A DNA stretch of 63,210 bases, filler included, from Platydemus manokwari (taxonomy: Eukaryota): assembly GCA_037951405.1 (NCBI GenBank). It is 6 parts of 6 records of this genome, joined end to end, with 100 filler letters (N's around TTAATTAATTAA, not from the genome) between each part and the next. Parts side by side here need not be neighbours in the genome. Positions count along the whole stretch, not along the records: positions 8,942 to 21,229 come from JBBMOY010208894.1; positions 21,330 to 30,424 come from JBBMOY011300318.1; 4 more parts are not named here. One strand, written 5' to 3'. The position numbers and the translations under genes were made by a program. Numbering within the stretch: position 1 is the first letter of the stretch; every line of letters starts with the position of its first letter. Shown here piece after piece: positions 11,777-24,900 of this stretch. The notes beneath the pieces were generated by a model. It did no database searches. It saw only the letters and a list, made by a program, of their open reading frames with translations, and had not been told where the DNA came from.

Positions 11777-13229
11777 TTTTACCAACAACTAAAAATTTCG
11801 GTAAATAAGTCTTTAATGTGATTATATTAAATTAACCAATGAACATGTATACATTTAACCAATCCAATTTGTTGGAAAAACAATTTGTGATGTTTGTAAT
11901 TTTTTATTATAAAGTTTGCGACAAAAATTAGTTTTTGTTTTGTGATTCTGATCAGGGTAATGCTGAAAATCCGGGTAAATATTAGTGGAATAATATTAAA
12001 ACTTATGCAACAATAGAAAAATCAAATAATAAAACACAAAAAAGATCAAATTTAAGACAATAATAATAAAAAATTTAATTAAAAGTAATTAAAATGAAAC
12101 TTATACAGATAGAAAATTAGCCATCCATTTGTTACATCAATATTCTCCATTGGTGAAATTGTGACCTCGAATTTCAAATTTTACTGATTTCAAATCAGAC
12201 AGATGAGCAAATATTTTGTTATTAATATATGGATTATTGCTTGTGTTTTTTGGGGACTATATTATATTTTAAATTCAGGTTCCCTTACGTTTTGATGATA
12301 ATGAATAATTATTTAGGAACTTCTAACTTATTATAAAGACTAAACTAGGCTGATAAAAGCGTATTATTGAAAAATGACTTTGTATCGGCGTGTACGGATA
12401 TTGAAGACACTGAATGAATATGTTGTGCTCGTATTTGTAAAAGACTTATGAACCACTAATAATGTTGGACCAATAGTTTATCTTAAATATCAATATTATA
12501 CTATTCGATTAAATCGACTAGAAATTAAATCAGTTTGCTTAATCTTAGTTATATATTTCGACAACTGGGTGACTGAGGAAATAAATAGTGCTTAAAAGTC
12601 CTCTTCGGAATTCTTTAAATAAGATGTATTTCCATTTGTTGAACTTCACCACAAAAATTATTGATTTTACTCCTGACTGATTTAAAAATTAAGTATACAA
12701 ATCGAACAATCGAGATCTAATCAAGAGATTTAGATATTTTGCTGTTGTCAATTTGACTTATCTATTCAGCATTTTTTAAATTATATTTTGCCTTAATATT
12801 ACTTTTTTTTCATTTCTTGTTTTGTTCTTTCTCATAGCTTATTATTTATTCATTTTCATATTTATTTTGTTATTATTCTAGTCCACTAGTGATTTTGTAC
12901 AATTTAATTAGCTAACACAATTTTAATGACATTGTAATAATTTTGCAAAATAAAGAAACATTATCAGATTAAAATTATTGAAAATCACTGCAAATGAATA
13001 TTACGAAAATAATTCACAAACATTGAGAAAAATAAGGATATAAGATTAACAAACATTAAGGAAGTTTTAAAAAATGTTATCGTAATTTAATGACTCGTAT
13101 ATGTATGAACTATGTTGCATTTTCTTTCTATGATAGTTAATTTGTAAATTGTCTTTAACTTTCATCTAGTTCCAAAAAATATTTGAAATCCTATAGACTC
13201 TATTTACTTTTTATCTCTGCATTTCACTC

Positions 13230-15010
13230 TATATGATATCTAGTATTGGTTTTCGAATAAACTGTACCTCTATTTCAAGGCAAGAAGGGTACAATTGCTT
13301 GAGGTTTAGAACTTCTTCCCGGGTAGATTTTATCAGTTGCCAATTTATCGTCAGGTCGTTACATGAAGTCGTTCAGTTTGAGGAATATATTGTTAGGAGA
13401 CTGATGATTTTAACTATAACTATGATATTCACGCGTTATTAATCTTTGAATCAGCCTATCAATCATGGAGTCGACAAATAATCAGTAATAATTAGTTAGT
13501 AATAATTAGTTCCCACTAAACATGGTCGATTTTGTCTCATTGTTGCGAAACTGATTTATAAAATAAAAACACTTCTTATTATTTGTCGACTCCACAAATT
13601 TCTTCAGACAGATTTTCTTGAAAAACATAAGATTCGGGTGAAAATTCGAGTATAGTTTCGTTGCAAATGCATTACAATCAGAACAAGCATACTTTACATA
13701 AGCTTTCAGGGTAAGCAAAGTAACTAATTTTGTCAAAATTAGTTTTATCATTGCAAAATTTAAAGAACAAATTTCTAAGGTATTTAATATTATTCGATTA
13801 GACAAATTTAAAGTAGTCGTTGCTATTAGTGTTGTTTGTTGAAGATAATGAAAAATTATTTAGAATAGTAGATGTTGTCCTTTTTTGTATTCAACTGTTT
13901 TTTTGTTGGCCACATTCTTTGAAATCTTCTTCTCAACTGAGGGAGGCAGTTCCTGATTACGATTCACTTCATTTGTTCGATGTCAATCAAGGCAGAGTAC
14001 TTCTTGCTATCTATAACCAGTCTAGCAGGTAAAAATTTATTTTTTATTAGTTGATAGCTTGGAAGACGTGATATAAACAAATTGAGATTTAATAGAAGAA
14101 AAAGCAGTGTTGTTTGACTTATTCTCAGTCGGAGGAGCTTGGATATTTTGTTTAACTTTACTGATTGCCTTAATAGATCTGATATTTTTCCTCATTGCCT
14201 CCGTGAATGTTAGTAGCGGGCTGTGTCTGAGATTTCAATTGATGAAATATGCTTGTAGAGAAAACGCATTTTATCTGTAATTTCAATGTCAAATTTTCCA
14301 GGATTCTTCAGTCCCACATTATTAAACTGAGCAACCAGGTTTCCGCCACAAAATATATCTAGATTAGGCTGTTGAAATCTAAAATCAAAGTTACGTGAAA
14401 ATCGGCGAAATGCCAAGTTATTTTTTGTTATTTATTGATAAAGTGCATTGGCAGGGAGATGACTGCCTCAGATCCAATGCACCGTTCAACTATAACACTA
14501 CCAGGAGTGTCCATAACTTGAAAGGTCAAGTGATCAGAAGTACCTATTAATGGACAAAAAGTACTACCTTGATTTAAACCTGATTATGGTTAATGTTATT
14601 CGAATGACAGCCAGTATTAATGAGATTATCACTGCTCGATGAAGGTTTCTGAGCTGAGTTCAATGAACACTTTTTCCATCCAGTCTGATTACCGAGAAAT
14701 TCGATAGAATCCGAACAACATCCTAAACTGGGATCTCAGAAGGTCGAAAAGAGTGCGCATTATTATAAGGAACGTGCTGTTGGGTAGGTCATAAAAACAA
14801 CCAATACATTCACGAAAACAACGGAAATAGCTCTTAAATATGAACACAGATTCAACAAGCGCAGTGCCAGTAACCAGATTCTTCCCATATATCAACCCAT
14901 ATTTAAAATTCATTAAGTGACTAGCGCATGCAAAACAGATGGCAACAAACATCGAGAGTCGCCAATAGCACGAGAGATGTAGGAGATAACCAAAGAGTAG
15001 AAGACCCCCA
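13230..15010 (-). mobile_element. Decayed LINE (CR1/L2/Jockey-like), APE endonuclease to start of RT
   Basis: Minus strand: IGCFYDLPNS (~14790, cf. IxxxYRPP), PLIGTSDHL (~14530-14552, APE C-terminal SDH), KKCFYFINQFR linker (~13560), KLATDKIYPG (~13320-13345, start of RT). Many stops. Confidence 0.55.
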
Positions 15011-18000
15011 TGAAGACTGGTTGTCAGAAAAATTACGTAAAAGTAACACAGAATGACATTTATCTATCAAAAAGACTGGCAGTAGCTTGTGAAGTCAAAC
15101 TACTTTCATAGGCCTATACTGTGTTTTCAATCGATGTTTCAAAGCTTTACTTTTTATTTGGATAGAGTAATCGATACATTGTTTAGCAAATATCTCCTAC
15201 ATCTAGAAATAATAAAATAACGAGAGGAACTGATGAAGATTTGATATTTTAATTTTCAATTGATAAAAAACTTTCCAAATTGATATTTTTTGCAAAAAAA
15301 TATTTTTCCATTGTACTTGTTCACAAATTTCGTTTCTGATTCGAATATTTTGTTTGATTATGTATTCGGTAGGAAAATATTATTTTAAATTGGTGATCCT
15401 TTTGATATTTAGAAACATTCAGTCTTTAATCTATCAATATTAAAAAGCTTTGGAAACCACTATCTTTGAAAAATTCCAATTTCATCATTTCTTTTGCAGC
15501 TTAAACATTTCGATAATGTGATGCAGTCCAATCAGCTTCTGGTGTTCACTTGATTTTGGATAGTTTATTTAGAATAGTATTCTGATATCTTGATTTTTGT
15601 CTTTTTAGCAATGATGATATTAATGCCTATAATAATATTAACGGTGACTAGAGTGATACCAAATGAAGTCTAATTTTTTTAAATTTATTTGGCTCGTATT
15701 AATAATATTAATGATGTTGATGGTAAATAATAATAATACCGTTAAATAATTTACGAAAAATAAAAATGGTATAATTATAATAACAATAGTAAAAATATTT
15801 ATAACAATAAAATGTCAATGCTAGCAATAATGATAAATAAATGATAAATATAAATGTTTATAGATATTATTTAGTGTATCTTAATTATTTATTAAAGTAT
15901 ATTTTTTTCTATATAAATTTTCATCTAAAAATTCATCTATGCTCCTTAACTGTGAGTGTAATTTTGAATGTGAGTACGTTATTTCGTTTTATCTTATTTA
16001 TTTGACGCTTTAAAATAAAATTATTTTCATTCTTTAGTAAATTCCTACTTAGGTTGCGTCTTTTTAGCTGACGAATGAATTGGACTCTACTGTGTTCAAT
16101 GAATATTAATGTTTCTTTACTCAAATATGTTTTAAGATGGAACTTGTCCATTTGTGTCATATACTCCATTTCAGTCAGCTTATAACCATGGGCTTATATA
16201 TGGATCCCAATTTCGTTGAGTTCTCCTAGTATATGATAATACCATACTAATTAATGATAAGAAGAAATATTCAGGTTCATAATACCGAAGAAGTCTGTTG
16301 TAGCTTTAAATAAATTGTTTGTTAAATAATCACAAAATACTGAAGTATTTCTATTATTATTTATGGTTTCTGGTCCACTATTACTATCGTGTTTTTAATT
16401 GATTTATTTATTACCATTATCTAATATAGTTCTTCTGTTGCCTTTTGCTTTTGGAACAAGAACAATCCAATTATGTCTCAACTAGATGAAAATCTCGTCA
16501 TTCGTTTATCTATGCTCTCATTCATTCAGGTCTTTGAAATGCATTACATTAATTTAATGTTATTTGATTTCTTATTCCTTTTATTCCGTCTATAAATTAA
16601 ATCTCAAGATCATCGCTATTCACGTTTTTCGTCATAGCGTATCGTCATCATCGAATTTGTACCAGTATCGAATAAGTGGCTCGAATGGACACTAAGATTG
16701 TCTTTGATTTCTAACCATGGGAATTAGATGAAAACATATATGCATCCTTGAATTTTTTGAGCTTGAGGCTTAGAAATATACGAGTAATATATTAGTAAGA
16801 CTTAAAAATCTCTGCAATAAAATGTTCGAAACAAATTTTCACCTCTTTGATTATATTTGTTAACAAACTTTTTATAATTTCGAGTTCCGTACATTGTTAA
16901 TACCAAGCATTCAAAAATTTAGCTTCATCGAAACATTTTTTGTTAGCTACTTAATTATCTTCTCACAATGCCTCTGTGGTTTTTTTAATCTCTTTGTTGT
17001 CTTTTGGCAATCATTAACTTTTATAAATCGGTTTAAAATGGAAATTATCAGAAATTAGATACACCGTCGAAAACTTCAAATGTAGTTGTTAATTCCTTTC
17101 AAAATGCACAATATTTCTCGTTTACTGCTCATCTTTAAATGTCACAAATTCTTCATCATACAAACCTTTAATTCTCAATAACTAAAAATATAGAAATAAT
17201 TCAATTAAATATATTTCTCCTAAAATCGAATTCCCCCTTTATAAATATCTAAATTGATTCCTTGAAAATCTACAACTTCAACCGTTACTTCATTTTTATA
17301 TTCTATAAACTCATAAGCACTATACATTCCCAAAACTTAATATCACATATGTCGTCACTATTATTTCATTGACTGTTTACCAAAATCTTTTGTAACGTAC
17401 TCTTCATCAATTCTAAACAAGTCTTCTAGAACATATTTGCAATCATCGTCAAACTTTTCACTATATTTTACTAACGATTGATGATTCAACCAAAATACCT
17501 CGAAATGATTTTCATTGCTGATTTCTAACATTATAGATCCATCAAATTCTTTAACATTTTGAACTCTCCCATTATTAATCAAAATTCATCACCCATAGTA
17601 ATCTGATTTTGCTATGCTTCATTATCGAAATTTATAAAAAAAATCAATCACTATATATTTTGGCTAGTTTCCAAAACAATTTAGACTTCCGTATTTTAAA
17701 TAGAATTTTTTTAGAGATCTTCTAAAGTCTTTCACAATCAACTAAGTGTTTAAAGCTTTTTGACTAAATCATCATAATTTCGAAATTCTACTACCAATAA
17801 AGTTTTACATATGAATGGAGATACATGATAAAATTGATCTTTTAAAATACTTTTTATAGGTTCCGTCATCTGAGAATTTTCACTTATTACTTTTCCTGAT
17901 AAGAAATATGAATTAATTCCGAATTCACACACAGAATAATGAGGTTTATGAATTCTATGATAATAACTAGATCGAAGAGTTCAATCTACTTCATTTATTA

Positions 18001-18619
18001 AAGGTTTTAAAGAGAGATTATTTTTGAAATAAGCCAACGCTTAATGTTTTTACTTTCAATTTGTTTAAATGGTTGCTTTGCCATTCTTCTTAGGAATAAA
18101 TGTAGTCTCAAGCTAATCTTCATTTCTGTTCATTCACTCATGGGTGACAGTATATAATAATCACACATAAAACCGATAGATTCATACGAATTATTGTCGT
18201 TAATTACTGTATGGGATTAATGTGTGTTCAACTGATCTCTCAGAGCTTCGTCTTTCATTTGATGGAGTCATCTATGTGAAAGTCTCTTACATTTCTCGTG
18301 CCATTGACGACTCTCCATGTTTGTTGTCATTTGTTGGTATGAACCAGTCAACTATTGAATTCTAAATATGATTAGATATGTGGAAAGAATCTGGCTATTT
18401 GCATGGGGTTTTGTTGAAATTGTGTATCAACCCCCCTTTAGAGTTATTTATATGGTTTCCCAGGATATTTTGATTTTTTTGCGACCCATCCAATAATTAC
18501 AAAAATTAGAATAATATTATTTTAGTATTTATGGTATGGTTGACGAAAGTTAAAATTACAACAATTGTCTTTATAAAAATTTTATAGTTATTTTTCAAAT
18601 AAGATTCGTCATCATCGTA

Positions 18620-18955
18620 TATATTGTGATCGGTACCCACTAGATTTCCAGGTTCTCTCTGGGAAAAGCTGGTCCACGGTTGTAGTGGCCATTATACGCA
18701 TGCCGGTACCCAGCGCAAGTATTATACAGGCTTTCCGAGCTTCCAGAACCGAAAATCGAATTCTTAAGATATTAGTTTTGCAATATTTGTCCACCGGAAT
18801 TTCACAGTAGCAATTTACGTAGGCTGGTTTCCACGTATTCCTCTAGCCATGTGGAACAATTCATTACGACATATTTACAAATACGACTTCATTTCTCACC
18901 CTGTGGAATTTGCAAAAAATCAAGCGTGGCCGCAATTGTTGACCGTTTTAAGAAC
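18620..18955 (+). mobile_element. Probable Gypsy integrase N-terminal fragment
   Basis: GC-richer island. VPTRF..EKLVH..HYTHAGTQ (HHCC region), FCNIC, then AIVDRF, in shifting frames. Confidence 0.4.
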
Positions 18956-19204
18956 TAAGAAGTACTTTATAAACATAAATCACACTACATTGTAAATATA
19001 AATATTTCATTCTACAAAGTCATTGTCATTATTATTTATTTGATATATTAGTTATTATTTTTATTATAAAATTGATTATAATGCAACTCAAGTTCCAAAA
19101 ACTCGATATTACTAAACGTTTATTTAATAAACCCAAAATTACAAAGCTTTGGCTCATAATTTAATATCTATCTTAACTTATTTAAAATCAATGACATATC
19201 AACT

Positions 19205-19633
19205 ATGAATTTTCAAATGTTAACAAATATTTTTATTAGCATTATGGCTTTATTATTTTGGTGCCTGTCCATAAGCGGAGTTAATTGGGGTTGTGGAAGC
19301 TTATGCACTTCGTGCGGAAAATATTTTTACAATCGATCAGAGCATACCAGATATTTTTGTGTCATCATAATATGTTTAGCAGTAATGTGTGGCATAGCTT
19401 GTTTGGTTATTTACATAATCATGTACATTGTTTTTATTATTTCGAATCCAACGATACAATTTATTAACATCCAACATGGTTTTATACTGTTTGGTAATTG
19501 GTGTTTAATTACTGGATTGTTAGTCTTTTCATCAATTTACAAAGATGGCCTATGGTCCTATAGTTTTCTATTGGTTGGATCATGTTGCTTTCACTTTACA
19601 ACATTGGATTATATTTTTTACCATCCTTGGTGA
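19205..19633 (+). CDS. Intronless 142-aa four-transmembrane claudin/PMP22-like protein
   Basis: Clean ATG-to-stop ORF in AT-rich DNA. Four hydrophobic segments, first loop W-G-C-G-S-L-C-T-S-C (claudin-like W..L..C), WSY before TM4, AATAAA downstream (~19746). Confidence 0.62.
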   Translation: MNFQMLTNIFISIMALLFWCLSISGVNWGCGSLCTSCGKYFYNRSEHTRYFCVIIICLAVMCGIACLVIYIIMYIVFIISNPTIQFINIQHGFILFGNWCLITGLLVFSSIYKDGLWSYSFLLVGSCCFHFTTLDYIFYHPW

Positions 19634-20108
19634 TAATTAGTTATTTAAATCAAAATGAAAAGGCCATAACATATGATTAACACTGAAAAATACAATTGTT
19701 ATAAAGTAAGATAACATTTTGTTAAATAATCAATCAAATTCTTAGAATAAAATTTTTAAGAAAGTAATGAAAATTGTATGTGTATTGTAACTATCAGGAA
19801 TTATGACAATTTACCATTTATTTTTAAAATGCTTTGAGTTATAAATTATGAAAATGATTGAATTGTCACAGAATTATTAAACTATACTGTACTGCATTAT
19901 ATCAATTCCTACTTATTAGTATTAGGAGAACAATTAATAAATCAGAAACATAAACACATCTGCAACAGAGATGATTCATTTTTTGATACTTATATTTAAC
20001 ACACACGTGTGTGACAAAGAAAATATCATGCATGTATTTATATTTGTAGAATCTAGAGAAAAATATAAAATAAATGAAAAGTCTAAGTAAACAAATCCTA
20101 AAATAAAT

Positions 20109-20337
20109 GAGCCCTTGATTATGAAAGTGGTATAAGTCATTTCAACCTTTCAAAACCAAATTTCCATTTAAAAATGCTAATAAATTTCACAATCATATTA
20201 AATGCTGATTTACCGGCGCTAATTAATTGTCAAAATATTTCATTCCATAATACACAAATATTTTTTAATTTTTTTAAATGCAAATCCCTTAATATCAAGA
20301 AATATATGACTTATACCACTTTCATAATCAAGGGCAC
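20109..20337. mobile_element. 229-bp MITE with 32-bp TIRs and 4-bp TSD (Sola-like)
   Basis: Left end GAGCCCTTGATTATGAAAGTGGTATAAGTCAT; right end is its reverse complement with one mismatch (...CAAGGGCAC). TSD AAAT at 20105-20108 and 20338-20341 fits the AWWT target described for Sola1. Confidence 0.85.
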
Positions 20338-21229
20338 AAATGTAAGTAAACGATGATTCATAAAATGAAAAAGTAATCATTGCATTGATTGAGGATTTAC
20401 ACCAGGAAAGATTTATTGAATTGATTCAAAATCGGTGTAATTAAATACCTTTCAAATATAATTTTGTTCAAATCCAATTCTCGGTAGATCTATTGTCTGA
20501 TCTCAATAGCATTATTCGGGAATATGTAACAAAATCAAGCGCCATACTTAAGGAAAGCTTAGAACGGCTTTGGGAAATAAAAAGGCTGAGATAACAGGCA
20601 AACACAGACGAAAAGTCTATTAAACGAATTGAATCTTGAGAACATCTGGCAGTTTTATATTTTTGCCTTAGCTTTTGTGACCTTATTCAGATGATCAATT
20701 TTTATGGTCGTTATTTCCATCGATTGCTGACTCTTTTGTTAATTGGCTTTGTTTACTGAGCATGATTTGGAGTGCGATTATTGACAATTCAGTTTTAAAG
20801 TGTAACTTTGTGATTCATAATTACTTTTTGCATATTTAGTGTTAGTAAATATCTAACCAGAGAAAGCAGAAAACAGGCTATTTTAGTAGAAATTTAATAT
20901 TCTTGTCAAAACTGAGATATTGAGCAGCAAATTATATTGTAACATGAAATTAGATTTACATAAGAAACACAGAAATATTCTAGAGTGTTTAAACTAATGT
21001 TCTGGGTAACCGAAAACAAAAAACATATAAAACAAATTTACTTGTATCAAAAACAAAAATTAATAGAAAATTCTAGAACAATAAATTTAATAATGTGTGC
21101 TTGAACATTATAAAAAAGTCAATTTGGAACATGACATTTTTGTATTTGATTCGTGGAGTATTTTGATGAATTTTTTTATTAGAACGATTGATTGAAATAT
21201 AAATTGGAACCTTCAATTCTTCTGGAGTC

Positions 21230-21329
21230 NNNNNNNNNNNNNNNNNNNNNNNNNNNNNNNNNNNNNNNNNNNNTTAATTAATTAANNNNNNNNNNNNNNN
21301 NNNNNNNNNNNNNNNNNNNNNNNNNNNNN
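21230..21329. other. Artificial contig linker
   Basis: N44-TTAATTAATTAA-N44. Confidence 0.98.

Positions 21330-21402
<73 letters not shown>
21330..21402. repeat. (ATT)n microsatellite, ~24 units, at contig start
   Basis: Perfect ATT run directly after the linker. Confidence 0.95.
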
Positions 21403-21934
21403 GTTTCTAATTATCATTGCTATTTAAGAGTTTAATGCTTTTTATTTATAACATCAAGTAGATTTATTGATATTTTCATAATTTTCGTCATTTCCTCATT
21501 AAATATTCCATATTATTTTACCTAAATAACTATATCTCACACAAACGTTATTTAATGCACACAAATAATCTTATACAAATGTACGTAATCGTATGTGATG
21601 TTTGTGTCTATGACAAGGGTTTGAAAGATTATCAACATCATTAAAATATGGATATTGCTTTGTTGTACTGGTTATATTTAATTATTATCAAGTCCATCCA
21701 TCAGAAAGTGTTACATTTTCGAATGAAATCATCATAGCGTATTTATTCATAACTTAACATGTCTCCACAAATAAAAATATCCAATATTAATCTCATCCTA
21801 GTTTCAAAGTTACCAATATCGATCAACATATCTACATACAAGTTTAAGCTTTTTGTCAACAAATTTTGAGAAATATTTTTAAAATTATGTTGTCCACAAC
21901 AATTTCCTTAACTCATATGTTGTTTTCTAGGAAC

Positions 21935-24900
21935 ATGAGCACCTTCAAAAATGAAGAATCTGAAATACCACTAATCGAAAATTCAGTATCGAAATATTAT
22001 CAAACATACTCGAATGAAGTCTGCAATCATGAAAAACCGGCCACAACGAAAACCTTTTCAATAAGTCAGAGAGCGATTTTCGAAAATGTTGGATCAAAAC
22101 TAGCTTACAGGAAAAGTCGTTTTTATAAGAGACGTTTGATAGCTGATTTGTCATTGGTTTTTGCAATGCTTGGAATCGTTATTATGGTAACAGATACCGA
22201 AATTGCTATTTCAGGCAAATATGGAGTGGATTACGGAGCAAGCAGTATCATATCAATTATGGTAAAATTGTCAGTAACTCTAACAACTGTCATTCTACTT
22301 GGTTTTCTGGTCTGGTATCACAAGATCTGTATTCAGATTTTCATGCTTGATAATGGTATTGAAGATTGGCATCTAGCAATGTCTGCTTCAACCTTGCTTG
22401 GTCTCGCTCTAGAATTGATTATTTGCTCCATTCATCCCATTCCAGTTGATTACTTCCAAGTGAACAATGTTACCACAATTGGTGATGGATTTGTCGAATT
22501 GAAAGGACCTATGAAAGGAGTGACTCTCCATATCATTAGATCTCCAATAAACGTTGTTTTCGGGCTCATTATGTTCTTGAGAGTATATATTGTGTGTCGA
22601 GTAATCATGTTACATAGTCGAGTATATCAAGATGCTTCTGCACAGTCATTGGGTGCGCTGAATCGAATCCATTTCAATTTTCGATTCATCTTCAAGTCAT
22701 TGATGAATGTCTATCCCGAATACGTTCTCACATTGCTCATTTTAATTCTGTTTATTTGGGCAAGCTGGGCACTTCGAGCATGTGAAATCTATCATAAGGA
22801 ACTACGAGACAATTTCTTCAATTGCATGTGGGTTGTAGCGATTACATTTCTCAGTGTCGGCTATGGGGAAATTGTGCCTGAGTCGTATTGTGGAAGAAGT
22901 ATTGCTGTTCTAACAGGTAAATATTTTTACAAGTAATTTCAATAAATTTTAAAAAAAATTACAAAATAAGAGTAAAAAATTCTGAAAAATTCACATTTCT
23001 GTTTGTTTTGCGATTTTCTTTAATTGGTGATCATTTTTCTATCAAATGAACTTTGATGACTTGCTAGTATTCTATGTTAACGTTATCGTATTGCAGACAT
23101 ATCGAAGATTTCGTTTAATGTTTTGTGTGTAATTTGTGAAATCAAAATCTCAACTCTTGCTCATAATTCTCGCCAACATAATCAGTAATAAAAGATTTAA
23201 TGAACTTATATCATGTTGAACTCAAGTCAAAAGTATTTTAGAGAGAGATAAAATTTAAACAATTATTGATAGATATTTAGATCGATATAAAATCAAAAAA
23301 ACAATTTAGTCACTTGATCGTTTCAGTACAGCTTAAGCGAGTCAATATCAATTTGTCAGTTTGAACTACGACAATATCTGAGTTTTTCTTTCAATTTATT
23401 TATCAAAATCTTACAATTCAGAAACTTACAAATTACTGCTAAAGATAGTTTGGATAGAGTCAATGAATATCGATTTTTTACACGAAAAATAGCCGAAATA
23501 TGGCCATAGACAATACCAGAAAAATCATTAAAGTATCATTGTAATAGCAAACCGGAAACAATAGACAAGATCCATTTTGTCGGTAAATAAATAGCCGTGT
23601 CTTAAAGTTCATTCATCAAAAGGGTTCATATGTACTGAATATTCACAGAAGAATCGAGAATCAATGGCCAAGAAAGATGCAAGATAATTGCATTGTAGAA
23701 GTGGACGTGTGAGCAAGACCAACAATGTATCTGATAAACCTAAAAATACAGGAAATGTTGGAAATAAAGCCATTGTGAATACTCGTTAGCTTTGAATTCT
23801 ATGACAACAATTTCGGTCTGTTGGACTCATAAAAGATAACAGATACAAAATTAAAGCAGATCTCATTTGCGGACTTTAAATTTCATTTTGATGCTCCAAC
23901 TGATAACTATAATGCTTGATAAGGTAACGGCGAACTAGAGATAGCTGGTGGAACATCATGCACATCATAATGCCTATATAATGTCACGTCTCGAATATTT
24001 TATCAATCCCTTCATACAACTAATACATTATTCTGGAATAATTTATTTTCGATTTTGTTTTTATTATTACGGCATGGACTCAACAAGCTGTACAGCATCA
24101 GTACACCAATTACTGTCATCGACGTGAAACCATTTATGGATTTATTAAAGAGTTTTTCAAAACAAATTTATCGTAAAGCTATTTTCTCATTTATCCAAAA
24201 CTTTTTGTATAAATGCCCTCTTTCCAGGTGTTTTTTTGTTTTCGTGTGTTGTGAAAGTGTTGGCAGTCAGAATTAATCACAATAAAACATTTCACAAACA
24301 TAGCACGAAACAATAAATAAAATCTTTTCACAGCACAATTATATCAAAATTATCACTTACAAAAATCTATAAAAAATTCGATATTTATGTTTTTAGAATT
24401 TTGGTTGGAATTAGTGTTATTTAAGGATAGAGATTGGTCAGTCCCTTTGCTTCTGTTATTGTGTGATCATACGGCTCGTTGAATTGAAAATTTTACTCTA
24501 TAATGATTTTGATGGACTTGCTGAGATAAACGCGTAGATATCCGTAAATGTAAATAATACATCATATTGCTACAAATTCTTCTCTATTCAACGGAAGGCA
24601 AAGTAAAAATCAAAATTAGTTTTTATTTAGTCCACAGATCGACTGAGATACGTCACATCGGTCGAAGGAATTTTGAAAAAGATCGTTTGATTTCAATATT
24701 CCTGAATAGTGTTTATCGTCGGGGAGCAATCACAGCTGTGGAAAAATACATTAGAAAACGTTTCCTTTCATAACTATCTACGTGCAATTGATTTTTACGT
24801 TATTTGCATTGCCATTTATCGATTTGATCACTTTTTTAAAATAAATTTTTCTAACACCACCATTAATTTTCATTTATATTGAGCTTTTCGCTGTGCCATT

